This document shows positions 42,442-43,034 of a DNA stretch of 43,034 nucleotides, one piece after another. How positions within the stretch are numbered: the first letter of the stretch is position 1; every line of letters begins with the position of its first letter. Source of the stretch: an uncultured Pseudomonadales bacterium (lineage in GTDB: Bacteria; Pseudomonadota; Gammaproteobacteria; Pseudomonadales; Azotimanducaceae); the NCBI GenBank assembly GCA_964445675.1, contig CAYUMA010000564.1, positions 1 through 43,034 of the forward strand, written 5' to 3'. The translations under genes were made by a program, and so were the position numbers. The notes beneath the pieces were generated by a model. It did not search any database. It had not been told where the DNA came from and was given only the letters and a program-made list of their open reading frames with translations.

Positions 42442-42789
42442 CTATAGCGGCGCAGAAAAATACGACGCTAGCAGTTGAATGTCTTCGTCGGTGAACGCCT
42501 GCGATATGCGTCCCATGATGGTTTGTTGTTCCTCACCTGAGCGAAAGTCCTTCATGCTCTGCTCGATGTCGACGCGGTCGAGTCCACGAATCTTCGGGAT
42601 GCTGAGCGACCCCTTGCCGTCCGCGCCGTGGCACACGGTGCAGTTGTGCGCCAGGCTGGCGGCGCGTCCAACGCCCTCATCGGCGTGGCACAGCGACCCG
42701 AAGGCGAGGCCGCCACAGGACGCAACGATTGCCAGGACATTGCCAAATTTTCGGTCGCGCATCGGCACCGCCTTGTCATGGGTGGTCAC
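42442..42789 (-). CDS. fccA: Small monohaem cytochrome c (FccA/c553-like partner of the flavoprotein)
   Basis: Single CXXCH in NCTVCHGADGKG, with a downstream Met (TIMGR) as likely axial ligand. The likely true start is the internal Met at 42762 (MRDRKFGNVLAIVASCGGLAFGSLCHA signal). Confidence 0.65.
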   Translation of the reverse strand: MTTHDKAVPMRDRKFGNVLAIVASCGGLAFGSLCHADEGVGRAASLAHNCTVCHGADGKGSLSIPKIRGLDRVDIEQSMKDFRSGEEQQTIMGRISQAFTDEDIQLLASYFSAPL

Positions 42790-43034
42790 CGACGTATTTT
42801 TACGCGCTTCGGTCGGGCGTTCAGAGTCAGCAGAAGGCGTAGGCGGCCTGCGTGGAACACCCCATATGGATATAGGTAGGACTACTCATACAGCGTACCC
42901 GTGTGTTGACCTGTTGCAGTATCAGGCCCGGAGAAGTGCGCACTGCCTTCGGCAAACAATCCGCCGGCAAACACCGGTATCGCATCCCAAAAGCGCGCAT
43001 CAGGACGGCGATGTCGGCCTTTTCAGTACGAGCA

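Noticed and set aside
1-43034. Looked for rRNA, tRNA (T-loop GGTTCGAATCC-like boxes), CRISPR-type regularly spaced repeats and long tandem repeats.
   Set aside because: None noticed by eye. This is not an exhaustive computation; tRNAscan, Infernal and a repeat finder would be decisive.

Overview
GC-rich (about 60-65 % by eye, not computed) proteobacterial-type chromosomal segment. Two opposed gene blocks meet at a ~460-bp convergent spacer (17861-18316).

Block 1 (+ strand, 1-17860):
- The last 4.4 kb of a giant beta-helix surface or secreted protein; the gene runs off the left edge.
- A small envelope/redox set: secreted protein, LolA-like protein, SCO1/SenC, and a cytochrome c fused to a periplasmic-binding domain.
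- A lytic transglycosylase followed by a type II secretion / pseudopilus-like operon: gspG-gspF-gspE, PilM/N/O-like assembly proteins and three more pseudopilins.
- This operon shows no secretin, GspC or prepilin peptidase in the window. It is bracketed by a NarL-type histidine kinase and response regulator, and the kinase ORF runs in frame, with no stop codon, into gspG.

Block 2 (- strand, 18317-42789):
- A translationally coupled sensory operon: substrate-binding protein, OM beta-barrel, hybrid kinase, CheY, and a receiver/class III cyclase/TIR fusion.
- A mobile-element scar where an IS21 IstB remnant abuts a truncated PxKF-domain gene, followed by one secreted hypothetical protein.
- A ~12.4-kb operon carrying 30 haem-binding motifs in four c-type cytochromes, interleaved with two paralogous NHL beta-propeller lipoproteins and a 681-aa OM beta-barrel. 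It ends with a fused MFS/spermidine-synthase-like/TPR membrane protein and a small secreted protein.
- An fccAB-like flavocytochrome c sulfide dehydrogenase pair.

I saw no rRNA, tRNA or CRISPR array. The best candidates for a new system are the cytochrome/NHL/barrel/MFS-SpeE operon, the REC-cyclase-TIR protein with its operon, and the kinase::GspG pseudopilus cluster. All family assignments come from motif reading of the translations; no database search was run.
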